In this document: in pieces, positions 36,659 to 46,308 of the stretch
How the letters are laid out: each line of letters opens with the position of its first letter
Position numbering within the stretch: the first letter of the stretch is position 1
IMG/VR virus record: IMGVR_UViG_3300025150_000006
Coordinates: 32,001 to 96,000 of that record
Strand: one strand, 5' to 3'
DNA length: 64,000 nt
Origin: a virus
The notes under the pieces: generated by a model
Seen by the model: the letters and a program-made list of their open reading frames with translations, nothing else
What the model was told of the DNA's origin: nothing
Database searches by the model: none
Translations under genes and position numbers: made by a program

Positions 36659-38901
36659 GTCTCTCCCGCCTGCATATGGGTCCCGCATGTGGGACACTGA
36701 CCCAGTTCAGTCAACAGGGACTCGGTGTCCACTGTCGCCTGAGACAACTCGATCTCCGCCTGCTCAAGCTCCCCCTGCCGGTCTTCTACAGCCTGCTGAG
36801 CCTTGTGTAGACGGCTCTGGAGCCCGTTGAGTAGATCTAGGGCCGCAAGGATCTTCTTCGAGGGACCTTCATCCCAACCCATTTGGATCTCGTCCAGCCC
36901 CTCGAACTTGGTGACGACCGACTTGGCCGCAGCCATCCGGGATTGAAGGTTCTGGAGTATTCCCAGATCCGCCAACAACTTGGCGGCCTCCTCTGAATCG
37001 GGGAACTCGATACTGCCCACCGGAGCCAGCCGATCCACCACAGAGCTGGCTGTGGCCATACGGACTTGTAGCCCCTGCATGACACCCAACTCAGCCAGCA
37101 GTTTCTTGGCTTCCTCCGGGTCAGGCACCTCGATGGAACCAACTGGCTCCAGCCGAGCCACCTCAGTCTGGGCGACCGCCAACCGGTCCCGTAGGCCAGT
37201 CAACCGGAGCACTGCTCGACCTACAGTGATGACCTGGTTACGTGTCTCATCGAGGCCCGCAACAGCCTCCAGGGCCTCGTCCAAGCCCTCGAAGGACTTG
37301 AGCCTGACCTCCTGCTTCGCAAGGTCGGTCTGTCGCACCTTGAGGGCCGCAGCCGCCTGCCTCTTGTCACTCTCGGAAGCCCGTAGCGCCCGGTTGAGTT
37401 GACCCACCCGCTCCACGTCAGCCACAGCCTCGGCCAGTGCCGAGCCAGGCTTGTCGAGCAGAAAGATCTGGCCGGTGAACTGCGGAGCCACCGTGGGCCA
37501 AACCTCTTGCCCTCCTGCCTGGATGGGCACGACCCCGAATGCCGCCACCTCCTCTGGGACAGCGGCCCCTGGGTAGATGGGCTCTCCGTTGTTGATAATG
37601 TAGGTGGGGCGGTCTCTCTTGCCGGTCCCTTTCTCCCAACGGACCTTGCCGTCCTTGCCGAAGTCCACCTCGACTGAGCACTGCGTCTCACCCTCACGGA
37701 TGAACGCAGTGCCCCCCAAGTTCTGGAATGCCCCTCGGACCGCTCTCTGCAATGCGGTGTTGTGCGTGACGATATGACCCTCAATCTGGAATAGATTGGA
37801 CGGGTGCTCCACCGACAAACAAGTACAAGGGTGGACTCCTTCATCCTCAAAGCCCACCATCAAAGGCTGAACCCGACGAACAGAGGCACCCAACAACTTG
37901 GCTTTGCGAGCCAATCGGAACAAATGAACCCCAGGCAGCCTCAACGTGACCGTGTAGGACACCCTGCCCCGGAGAGAGACACCCTTATGGGTGTACCTAT
38001 TGATTTTCTTTCGTCGGAGACGGGCAGCCCCCCCAAAAGACCAAACGATTTGCTGCACGTCCTGAGCTAACTGGCGGGAACTAGAGTAGAACTCAGCGGT
38101 GCCCGCTTGGTTGACGGAACCATCCGTATCCAACAACCCCTGCAACAAAGCCAACCGCTGTTCCGGTGCTGCCAACAAGTAAACGGGAGGCACCTGCTTT
38201 TGGTGAGACAGATTGCCTTCCAGACCCAGGTTACGAATAGCAGTCAGTACCGGGTTTCGGTGTCCCCGACCCGTTACTAGCCGGTAATCGTACTTGCCAC
38301 ACTTTGAGAGCCGGACATCTCCAGGCACCAAATCCCCAACAGCCACAAGCACTTCATCATCCTTAGATGACACCCGAGGTGTTCCCCGGAAAGACCCGTC
38401 TCCCAAAAGCACCCCCATCAAGTAAGGGTCCAGCGGAAGACGAGCCTCAAGGAAACCAGCGGGGCCTGCCGCCGGGATGGCTGGCCGATTGAAACGTGAT
38501 GGGGTGTCCCCAACTCGGTCCCGGATTTGCTGAGTGGTTAGTACCTCCCAGCGTTGTGGGGCTCCTCCTTTTGGGAAACGTCGTGATCCGATACTCACCT
38601 GCCACTGATGACCCTGGTCAACCAGCACACGACGACCATCATCGAACAACACCGAGCACACGGGCTTCTCACCTTGGGGGTACACCCCCAACACCCGAGT
38701 AGGGGTTCCGTCCCCGGCAAGAACAACCTGGCCCCTCTGGATAGCCTCCACCGGAACCCACCCTTGTGGCGTGGCCACAAGAGTTCCATGAACCAGTGCC
38801 TTACCGGAATTGTTGGTCCCAGTGATGACGGTGAAGTGGTCCACCACGACCTCAGCGGACGCAATGGACTGGAAGTTTTTGACGCGGATCGTGACAGGCA
38901 T
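36655..38901 (-). CDS. SbcC/Rad50-like ATPase, N-terminal half ending at the zinc hook, with intein
   Basis: IRVKNFQS, Walker A GTNNSGK|T, Q-loop, coiled coil, C-terminal CPTCG. Confidence 0.85.
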   Translation of the reverse strand: MPVTIRVKNFQSIASAEVVVDHFTVITGTNNSGKALVHGTLVATPQGWVPVEAIQRGQVVLAGDGTPTRVLGVYPQGEKPVCSVLFDDGRRVLVDQGHQWQVSIGSRRFPKGGAPQRWEVLTTQQIRDRVGDTPSRFNRPAIPAAGPAGFLEARLPLDPYLMGVLLGDGSFRGTPRVSSKDDEVLVAVGDLVPGDVRLSKCGKYDYRLVTGRGHRNPVLTAIRNLGLEGNLSHQKQVPPVYLLAAPEQRLALLQGLLDTDGSVNQAGTAEFYSSSRQLAQDVQQIVWSFGGAARLRRKKINRYTHKGVSLRGRVSYTVTLRLPGVHLFRLARKAKLLGASVRRVQPLMVGFEDEGVHPCTCLSVEHPSNLFQIEGHIVTHNTALQRAVRGAFQNLGGTAFIREGETQCSVEVDFGKDGKVRWEKGTGKRDRPTYIINNGEPIYPGAAVPEEVAAFGVVPIQAGGQEVWPTVAPQFTGQIFLLDKPGSALAEAVADVERVGQLNRALRASESDKRQAAAALKVRQTDLAKQEVRLKSFEGLDEALEAVAGLDETRNQVITVGRAVLRLTGLRDRLAVAQTEVARLEPVGSIEVPDPEEAKKLLAELGVMQGLQVRMATASSVVDRLAPVGSIEFPDSEEAAKLLADLGILQNLQSRMAAAKSVVTKFEGLDEIQMGWDEGPSKKILAALDLLNGLQSRLHKAQQAVEDRQGELEQAEIELSQATVDTESLLTELGQCPTCGTHMQAGET
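37759..38799 (-). mobile_element. Class 3 intein (Ala1, 347 aa, LAGLIDADG) in SbcC Walker A
   Basis: GK|ALVHGT...GHQW...GVLLGDG...LQGLLDTDG...CTCLSV...IVTHN|T. Confidence 0.88.
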
Positions 38902-38915
38902 TCCCTATCCTACCC

Positions 38916-40154
38916 TCAGTCCTCAGTGAGGAACCCCAGGGAATCATCCACCGTGTCATCATCATCGGAGACCGAGACCAGAGACCCCTGACCACCAGAC
39001 CGGATGGCTTGCATCACCTTCTCGGCCAGCTCCTCGTAGGCCCCAGGGACCGCCAGGACATCCGTCTTGAACGAGTCCGTACCCTGAGACTTGATGGTGC
39101 TGCCGTCGGTACGCTCGAAAGTCAGCCAGGAACCAGCCTTGTTCACGATGCCGTGAGCGGACCCGACGGCGATGAGGTCCCGCACGTTGTCGATGCCCTC
39201 ACCGAACGTGATGTGGTACTCGGCCTCCCGCTGCTGGGAGTTGCTGACCTTGGACTTCTCGATTTTGGCCTTGATGACCGCACTGGTAGCCCGCTCGACC
39301 TGCTTGTGGGTCAGGGCATCGTAGTCCTTGGTCTTCAGGGATTTCACCCGTCGGAAGCTCATGCGGACGTTGCTGTAGAACTTCCACGCCTCGCCACCCT
39401 GGTGGGTGGAGTCAGGCCCGCCGTAGCCGGTTGTGTTGATCTTCTTGCGGAGCTGGCTGATCCCCATGACGTGGGACCCCGTGCTGCTGATCTCGCTTGC
39501 GAGCTGGGGGAGCACGTTGCTCCATTTCGCCGCCACAAGGCCCACACGACCCATGTCGCCCTTCTCCTCCAGGCTCTGGTCACGGATGGACTTGGGCACC
39601 CCGGCACCCACGGAGTCGAGGATGATGAGGTCCACGCCAGCCCGAGCACAGGCGAACAGCACCGAGAGCCCCGCCTCCAGAGTGTTAGGCTGGACGAGAT
39701 AGAACTGATCGGGGTCATCCACAGGACAGCCGAGGTTCGCGGCGTAGTCAAGGGAGATAGCGTGCTCCCAGTCGATGAAACAGACCAAGCCACCGTTCGC
39801 ACAGACCGCCGCCGCCGCTTCCAACGCCACCGTGGTCTTGCCCGAGGACTCGTGACCGTAGATGTTGGAGATCATCCCCTTCGGCCACCCCGGGCAGGGC
39901 GGGACACCCTGCTTGTTGAGGGAGCCACCGATGAGGTAGTCGAGCACGACGGAACCGCTGGTGATGTGGGGCCGGCTCTCGGAGAGCTGGTTGGAATCCA
40001 CCGTCACCGTGGGGTCATCGTCCTTCAGGACCTTCTTCACGACGCTTCGCACACTGGCAAGCATCGAGTTCGTCGGTCGTGCCGACTTCTTCTGGGTTCC
40101 CACCTTGGACTTCACCGCACTCTTCTTCACGGTAGGGGCATTGTCATCAGCCAT
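38916..40154 (-). CDS. recA: RecA recombinase
   Basis: YGHESSGKTT, FIDWEHA, ILDSV, ISQLR, GGEAWKFYSNVR, KAGSW. Confidence 0.93.
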   Translation of the reverse strand: MADDNAPTVKKSAVKSKVGTQKKSARPTNSMLASVRSVVKKVLKDDDPTVTVDSNQLSESRPHITSGSVVLDYLIGGSLNKQGVPPCPGWPKGMISNIYGHESSGKTTVALEAAAAVCANGGLVCFIDWEHAISLDYAANLGCPVDDPDQFYLVQPNTLEAGLSVLFACARAGVDLIILDSVGAGVPKSIRDQSLEEKGDMGRVGLVAAKWSNVLPQLASEISSTGSHVMGISQLRKKINTTGYGGPDSTHQGGEAWKFYSNVRMSFRRVKSLKTKDYDALTHKQVERATSAVIKAKIEKSKVSNSQQREAEYHITFGEGIDNVRDLIAVGSAHGIVNKAGSWLTFERTDGSTIKSQGTDSFKTDVLAVPGAYEELAEKVMQAIRSGGQGSLVSVSDDDDTVDDSLGFLTED

Positions 40155-40812
40155 CTTGTTCGTCCTCCGACCAGCGAAAGAACCTCTCATCCTCACGATA
40201 GAGGATGCCGGTCTTCTTGGTCTTGCCTGCGTGTTTGCCACGCAAAGGGGTGTGGATGCTCTTGAAGTGCTTTCTCTCAATGGGGGTCAGGTCTGCCTCC
40301 TCGACTACCCCATCCAGGAGTTGCCAGAACCGAGCCGCAGAGCGAGCGACCCAGAAGGCATCCGCCTCGTTGTGATTCCAGACACCTTTCCCGCCCGAAG
40401 CATCGCGAGCCGCCTCGACCATGTCAGGCTTGTTCATGGTCCAGAGGTTCCCCCCGATCTTGGGTCGGGCTAGGAACTCACGGGCATGTGCCTTGATCTG
40501 CGGAGGTGAGAAGAACACCAGGTCCACCTTGCACTCCCGCAGGGCCTCGCAGGTATACAAGAACAGCCCGTACATCCCCTCTGACCAGAGGTCATTGAAG
40601 ATCGGATACTCCTGACCAATTCTCGTGACCCCGAGCTTCTTCACGAGAGCCTTCACGTTGGCCCTCATCTCGATGTAGCGGTCCACGAACAACTGCTTCG
40701 ATGAGGTCTGGAACCTGCCCCGTTCAGGGCAGATCGCGGCTCCATCGGCCTCAGTGTCATAGACCGCCCAACCGAAGTTGGTCAGGGACGGGTCAAGCCC
40801 AAGTACACGCAT
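40147..40812 (-). CDS. RuvC-like Holliday junction resolvase
   Basis: MRVLGLDPSLTNFGWAV...E...IK...K...HNEADA. Confidence 0.8.
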   Translation of the reverse strand: MRVLGLDPSLTNFGWAVYDTEADGAAICPERGRFQTSSKQLFVDRYIEMRANVKALVKKLGVTRIGQEYPIFNDLWSEGMYGLFLYTCEALRECKVDLVFFSPPQIKAHAREFLARPKIGGNLWTMNKPDMVEAARDASGGKGVWNHNEADAFWVARSAARFWQLLDGVVEEADLTPIERKHFKSIHTPLRGKHAGKTKKTGILYREDERFFRWSEDEQDG

Positions 40813-40832
40813 ACTGATGGCCCTCGTCTGAC

Positions 40833-40881
40833 AGAAAAAGAACGCCCGCCGGTCGCGGGGGAGCACAACCGGCGGGCGTTC
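40833..40881 (-). terminator. Intrinsic terminator after the SSB gene
   Basis: 14-bp perfect stem (40840-40853 with 40868-40881) followed by TTTTTCT on the minus strand. Confidence 0.8.
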
Positions 40882-40901
40882 CTCAGTCCAACCCGACCAG
40901 A

Positions 40902-41651
40902 TCAGTCTGCGTCGAGAAGGTCATCGAGAGCGTCGTCGATCTCCTCGGTGGCCACCGCGTCACGGATCGGCCCACCACCGGTCCCGGTCCCGATGCTCCC
41001 GCCGGCGGCGTTCCCGGAGGCGAGGAGCTTCTCGCGGATCTGGTCGAGGGTCATCACCCGGCCGACCTCATCGTTGATGCCCGGAAGCATCTGCTGACCC
41101 GCCGTGATGATCTGCTTGACCAGGGGGCTTTCCGGCCCCTTCTCCATCAGCTTGTGCAGGATGGACTCCTGGCAGGGCGAGAAGCTCATCTTCTGGAAGC
41201 CCTCGTCCGTGCACTTGATCTTGAGATCGTGGGTGCCCAGGTGCCACTCGGAGTGGATCGGCTTGATCTCCTCGTACTTCTCGGGGTCGAACACCCAGTA
41301 CATCACCTCGAAGGTGCCGTTCTGAATGCCCTCCATGTCCAGCTTGCCGCTGGACAGCATCGGCCACTTCACGATCAGGGTGTTGATGCGGGTCTTGGCC
41401 GCCTCACCCGCGAGGGCGGTGTACTCCGGCCCCTGGTTGATGAAGTAGCCCACGCCCTTCATGTAGTGACGGGGGGCACCCGTGAACCCCGGGGTTGATG
41501 CCTTGAGATCGGGCTTGCCCTCGGCCAGACCCGGCCACCAGAGGAACGAGATCCGAGCGATCTCGCCCTTGCTCATCTTGAGCCGCTTGTTCTTGCTCCC
41601 GACACCACCATCGTTGTTGCCGAAGCCGAACTGCTGAAATCCACCACTCAT
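40902..41651 (-). CDS. Probable single-stranded DNA-binding protein
   Basis: Aromatic-rich core, Gly-rich linker, acidic tail EEIDDALDDLLDAD; strongly biased codons; recombination context. Confidence 0.6.
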   Translation of the reverse strand: MSGGFQQFGFGNNDGGVGSKNKRLKMSKGEIARISFLWWPGLAEGKPDLKASTPGFTGAPRHYMKGVGYFINQGPEYTALAGEAAKTRINTLIVKWPMLSSGKLDMEGIQNGTFEVMYWVFDPEKYEEIKPIHSEWHLGTHDLKIKCTDEGFQKMSFSPCQESILHKLMEKGPESPLVKQIITAGQQMLPGINDEVGRVMTLDQIREKLLASGNAAGGSIGTGTGGGPIRDAVATEEIDDALDDLLDAD

Positions 41652-41756
41652 GTGACTTCTCCTAAGCGAGCCGGGTTTTCCGTTGTCCTAAGTGCTTGGA
41701 CGGTGACCCGCATTATGGTTGTTCTACTCTCTACCCAAGAGACCGGACCCCCCCCA

Positions 41757-42878
41757 TTACACCGAAAAGTTCGAGAGAATGGAGTCGATGTCCAGGTCCC
41801 CATCTGCTTCCTCAACCTCGCGGCGTGACAGAGGCTTTACAGGCTTCTCAGCCGCGACGACAAACTCCGAGAGGAACTGATCCACCTCGGACTTCTGTGA
41901 TGTGGCGGGCAGTACCTCTGCCGCCGACGGTTCTACCTCGCCGGGTTCCGAAACCAACTGGGTCTCGGGAGGTGCCACGGAACCCACCCCACCGTGACCA
42001 TTCCGACAAGTCATCCCGCTTGTGGTTCTCATCTGGGGCTCACCGCACACCTCGCAGTGTGGCTCGAACCCGAACTCCTCAACCAGGTCTGCCGCTGGGA
42101 TGATGGCGACCTTCTCAGGAACCACCGGAAGGGGTTCCTCGACATCCTCTTCCTCATGTTCCTCGACGACCGGAGCAACATCCTTTTCCTCGAAATCCTC
42201 CATGGAAGTTGCCAGGGCAGCAACTTCCTCATCCTCCGTATCCGTGTCATCAATCTCAGCCGGAAGATGGGTCTCAGCATCCGAGATGGCCCGGACACTC
42301 TGGAGGAGGTCATCCACATCTTCCACGTCAGAACCATCGGCGAAACCCTGACCTGGTTCCAGCTCGGTGCCCCGAGGTGACTTGCTGCCCCAACGAGCAC
42401 CAAGCGTCATCTCCTCCCCGCACAACCGGATCTGATCCCGAAGACGACCCTGCACATCCCGCAAATCAGACCGCTTGGCCTTGATCACGGAAAGGACAGC
42501 GTCCAGGTCTGCGACTGCGTGTTTGGCATTGTGAAACGCCTTCACTTCCTCTTGGAGTTTCCCAAAAGCCAAGGCTTCCCGCTCGGAGACAGCTCGACCC
42601 GAACGTACCTCAGGGTCGTTCGCGAGCAAGTTCTTCTTCTCCAGATCCAGCATCAACTCCGCTTGGCGAAAAGCCCGGTTGTACTGAGCGAGCTGCTGCG
42701 AGACAGCCAAGTACAGACGCTCGCACCGTGTCGTCATCTTGCGGGCCAGAGAGATTTTGCCGTTCAGTCTCTTCGGCCCATAGACCAAGGGGTCATCATC
42801 GAGCTGGACCTCCAACGTGGCCAGCTCGGCAAAGATGTCGTCCGCGTACTGCGGGTCCAGAGGCTGCACGGTACTCAT
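41757..42878 (-). CDS. Coiled-coil/acidic protein with Zn ribbon (possibly a recombination mediator)
   Basis: N-terminal coiled coil; CEVCG...CRNGH; acidic tail. Confidence 0.55.
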   Translation of the reverse strand: MSTVQPLDPQYADDIFAELATLEVQLDDDPLVYGPKRLNGKISLARKMTTRCERLYLAVSQQLAQYNRAFRQAELMLDLEKKNLLANDPEVRSGRAVSEREALAFGKLQEEVKAFHNAKHAVADLDAVLSVIKAKRSDLRDVQGRLRDQIRLCGEEMTLGARWGSKSPRGTELEPGQGFADGSDVEDVDDLLQSVRAISDAETHLPAEIDDTDTEDEEVAALATSMEDFEEKDVAPVVEEHEEEDVEEPLPVVPEKVAIIPAADLVEEFGFEPHCEVCGEPQMRTTSGMTCRNGHGGVGSVAPPETQLVSEPGEVEPSAAEVLPATSQKSEVDQFLSEFVVAAEKPVKPLSRREVEEADGDLDIDSILSNFSV

Positions 42879-43315
42879 TCGTCACCATTGTCCACGGTCT
42901 TGGATGCCTTCCCAGCGACCGCTCCAGCGATCAACTTACCGTAGTTGCGCTTGATCGCCTGGGTGGCCACCTGATGGTCCCGCTCACTGATGGCCCCACC
43001 ACCGAGAGTGTGCCCGAGGGCCTGGATGTCCACCTGCATCCCGAGGATGAACCCCGCGATCTTCGCCTGCTTCAGGGTCATGTCTCGTTGCACGATGGCG
43101 TCATGCTGTTCCCCAGGAGCCATGGCGTCGATGAGGTCCGCCCCCATCCCGCCGGCATCCTCTTGTGTCGTGTCCCAGGCACCCGAGAAGCCCACGAAGA
43201 AATCACCGTTCTTCGTCTTGACAGCTCGGGTCGCGACCACCTTACTGATACGGAGGCCGTCCTTGACCAGTGTGATCTCAGCCCTTTGCTCTTCAGTCAG
43301 ATCGCTGATGTCCAT
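42875..43315 (-). CDS. Hypothetical protein
   Basis: GGAGG RBS; coupled ORF. Confidence 0.65.
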   Translation of the reverse strand: MDISDLTEEQRAEITLVKDGLRISKVVATRAVKTKNGDFFVGFSGAWDTTQEDAGGMGADLIDAMAPGEQHDAIVQRDMTLKQAKIAGFILGMQVDIQALGHTLGGGAISERDHQVATQAIKRNYGKLIAGAVAGKASKTVDNGDE

Positions 43316-43380
43316 TTGTCCAGCCTCCAGTGGCGGTTGTGTCCTTGCGGCGCATCTCCTCTACTCGGTGGCCCCCGGAA

Positions 43381-45732
43381 CTAGCCCCCCTTCAACCGAT
43401 CCAGCAACATCGTAGATCGGTCATCCTCTTTGGAGTTGTGCACGGACTTGACCAAAGCGTCGTGCTGGCCAACCAGCACGACCTGCTTCTTCGCCCGAGT
43501 GATGGCCGTGTAAATCAGGTTTCTCTGGAGCTGGTGATAGAAGCCCGTCACCAACGGCATCACGATGCGGTCGTACTCCAACCCCTGAGCCTTGTGGACC
43601 GTACAAGCGTAGGCGAGCACCAACAGCTTGGGGACGTCCTTGAAAGGCAGGGTGATCAGCAGAGGAGGTTCACCGAAGACCTTGATCTCCAGTTCCTTCT
43701 TCGCCCGGTCCACCTTGTTCACCTTGCCAACGTCACCGTTGTAGATCCCGTAGTTGTAGTCGTTCTTGATGACCATGATGCGGTCACCCGTGCGGACGGT
43801 CTCCTTGCCGAACTTCATCTCATCCAACCCCGGTGCGGCCGGATTGATGAGATCCCGCAAACGCTGATTTAGGTTGGTCACACCAACCGTGCCCCGATGC
43901 TTTGGGGAGAGAATCTGGAAGTTCAACCGACCCTCAAAGAACTTCTCCGCGATCTGCAGGATCGCGTCGAGGACCTCTTCCTCAGATTTCAACTGAATCA
44001 GGCGGAAGTCCTTGCTCGTCTCGGGCACCTCACCGTTCACCATCGAATGAGCGGCGAACACGATCCCGCTCGTGTCATCCTGCCGGAAGATCTGAGTCAG
44101 CTTGATGGCTGGGAACATCCCCGAGTGAATGAGATCCCGCAACACGTTGCCGGGACCCACACTGGGGAGCTGGGCATAGTCACCCACGAACACCAACCGA
44201 GCATCGGGCTTTGTGCAGTCGAGCAATCGGAATAGAAGATGCTGATCCACCATCGAGGCCTCGTCGATGATGATCACGTCTGCCGGGTGGGGATTGTCCT
44301 GACTGTATCCCCAACCCTCACCGTTCACCCCGCCAATCACCGCTTTCTTGGATCCACCCTGTACACCCGCATAGGTGCGGTTCCGATGGTCATCATCAGT
44401 GATCCCTTTCGCCGAGAACGCCCGGTGAATGGTGCTCGCCACAGCTCCGGTGCGGGCTGAAAGGTTCTTGGCCGCAATACCCGTCGGGGCACAGAGCAAG
44501 AACGGAACCTCAGCATCTTGCAGAATGCGAACGGCAGCGCGAAGGCTGGTGGTCTTGCCCGTGCCTGGTAGACCTGCCAGGACTGACACCGGAGCCGTCA
44601 ATGCGTTGAAGATCCCCTCTTTCTGAGGATCCGACAAAATCAGGTGAGCCTGGCTTCCCCATTCGTCGATGGCGACTTCCACGACTCGTTCAAGCCGACC
44701 CTTCTTCCTGCCAGACTTGGCCTCAGCTTCGGTCCTCGGACCAACACACCCAAGGGCCTTGAGGTACTTGTCGGTGCGCTCCTCGCCGGGAGCCAGCCGT
44801 GCTGCGGTCTCACGCTGAACCAGCAGATCTGCGGACTCCTTCTCCATTGTGTACGACCAAGGCTCATAGACCGCCGTGACCCCAGGACGAGTCTTCTTGT
44901 CGATGACCAGGAGACCATCCTTGTGTAACCCAGCCAGCGCCTGTGCGACCACCTTCTTGTCGATGTTGGGAACCATCACGTTGACCGAATGGAACACCGA
45001 CCCCGTCTGCAAGAACATATGGCCGAAGCCACGACCGATCTTGCAAGCGTAGAGCACCGCTGCACGGGCCTGGGCTGTGGGGTTCACCAGACCGAGCTTC
45101 CGAGCAGCCTCGTCAGCGTGCCTGAACTCGATGCCATCCACCTCAACCAGTCGCCAAGGGTCCTTCGAAAGGACCTGCTCAGCCTGGTCACCAAAGTGCT
45201 TCCAGATGTTGCTCACCAACCCCGAAGGCAACCCCAGCTCGGAAATGAACTCCAGCCCCTTGAAATACGCCCGCACAGACTCCCAACGGGAAGCAACGTG
45301 CATCGCCGAGAACTTCGCCAGCCCTGGCACCTCGGTGAGCTTCTCAGCATCTTCGAGGGCCGCCAGCAACTGGTCATCCTTGAAATGCTGCCGGATGGAC
45401 AACATCACGCCAGCACCCACCCCATTGGCTACCAGCATTCGAGCTGCGGTCTCTGGATCCCAGCCATCCTTCAGCACGGGAGCCCGACTGATGTCGAGCT
45501 GCTTGCCGTACATGGCGTGATGGCTCCACTTGGCCTCAAACCCGAACCACGCACCAACAGCAATCTGAATGCCAGGAATGGCTCCCTTGACCGTAACAGG
45601 CTCTGACAGCTTGTTCCTGATCAGGCTCGCTGCGTCCTTCTCCTCATCAAGAATCATCCGCACGATATAGAAAGCACTCTCCGGGTTCGCAAACACCACA
45701 GACTGCACTCGACCTGAGAAGTAGTTGCTCAC
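43381..45732 (-). CDS. recD2: RecD2-like SF1B helicase
   Basis: N-terminal OB/HhH region, DPWRL, GLPGTGKTT, TIHR, IIDEASM, VGDYAQLPSVGPG, YACTVHKAQGLE, YTAITRA. Confidence 0.9.
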   Translation of the reverse strand: MSNYFSGRVQSVVFANPESAFYIVRMILDEEKDAASLIRNKLSEPVTVKGAIPGIQIAVGAWFGFEAKWSHHAMYGKQLDISRAPVLKDGWDPETAARMLVANGVGAGVMLSIRQHFKDDQLLAALEDAEKLTEVPGLAKFSAMHVASRWESVRAYFKGLEFISELGLPSGLVSNIWKHFGDQAEQVLSKDPWRLVEVDGIEFRHADEAARKLGLVNPTAQARAAVLYACKIGRGFGHMFLQTGSVFHSVNVMVPNIDKKVVAQALAGLHKDGLLVIDKKTRPGVTAVYEPWSYTMEKESADLLVQRETAARLAPGEERTDKYLKALGCVGPRTEAEAKSGRKKGRLERVVEVAIDEWGSQAHLILSDPQKEGIFNALTAPVSVLAGLPGTGKTTSLRAAVRILQDAEVPFLLCAPTGIAAKNLSARTGAVASTIHRAFSAKGITDDDHRNRTYAGVQGGSKKAVIGGVNGEGWGYSQDNPHPADVIIIDEASMVDQHLLFRLLDCTKPDARLVFVGDYAQLPSVGPGNVLRDLIHSGMFPAIKLTQIFRQDDTSGIVFAAHSMVNGEVPETSKDFRLIQLKSEEEVLDAILQIAEKFFEGRLNFQILSPKHRGTVGVTNLNQRLRDLINPAAPGLDEMKFGKETVRTGDRIMVIKNDYNYGIYNGDVGKVNKVDRAKKELEIKVFGEPPLLITLPFKDVPKLLVLAYACTVHKAQGLEYDRIVMPLVTGFYHQLQRNLIYTAITRAKKQVVLVGQHDALVKSVHNSKEDDRSTMLLDRLKGG

Positions 45733-46250
45733 GGAGTGTTTTCCTTACGAAGACGCCCTAGCATCACTTCCAGTTCCTCGGCACTGACTCCCGAGGAGGC
45801 CAGTGCTGCCATCATTGCTTCCGGGTTCATGCTGGCCAACGATTCCCTCATCTTCTCGACATCGAACACCGTTGCAGCACCGACCCGGCCAAAATGACCT
45901 ATCATCCCCCCCAACGGAATGAGGACCCAGGTCGTGTCGAACAGTTCGATCCGCCAGGGATCGTTCCGCAGAACTCCTTCCTTCGAGAAGGACAGGAGTC
46001 GGTCAGGATAGAGGTCATGTCCCACAGGACATCCCACCCCAGCCGGGTAACGACAACTGCCTGCCCCGGGTTTCCCCAGATCGATTCCGTGCGGAGGGAG
46101 ATGGTGCAGTGCAATCTGAACGCGCTGATCAACCACAGGTTCCATCAACGCATCCCAGGCCACATGCTCGCCATTTTCCTGCTCGATGTAGCGGGACCCT
46201 TCCTTCTCGTAGAACAGGCCCTCGATGAGGATGGCATGGAACTGGCTCAT
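45729..46250 (-). CDS. Hypothetical protein
   Basis: Coupled ORF with GGAG RBS. Confidence 0.6.
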   Translation of the reverse strand: MSQFHAILIEGLFYEKEGSRYIEQENGEHVAWDALMEPVVDQRVQIALHHLPPHGIDLGKPGAGSCRYPAGVGCPVGHDLYPDRLLSFSKEGVLRNDPWRIELFDTTWVLIPLGGMIGHFGRVGAATVFDVEKMRESLASMNPEAMMAALASSGVSAEELEVMLGRLRKENTP

Positions 46251-46308
46251 AGGTAACACCTCTCCTTCTGACAGGTATTACCCGTGAGCCGGCCCCAGTG
46301 AACCCCTC

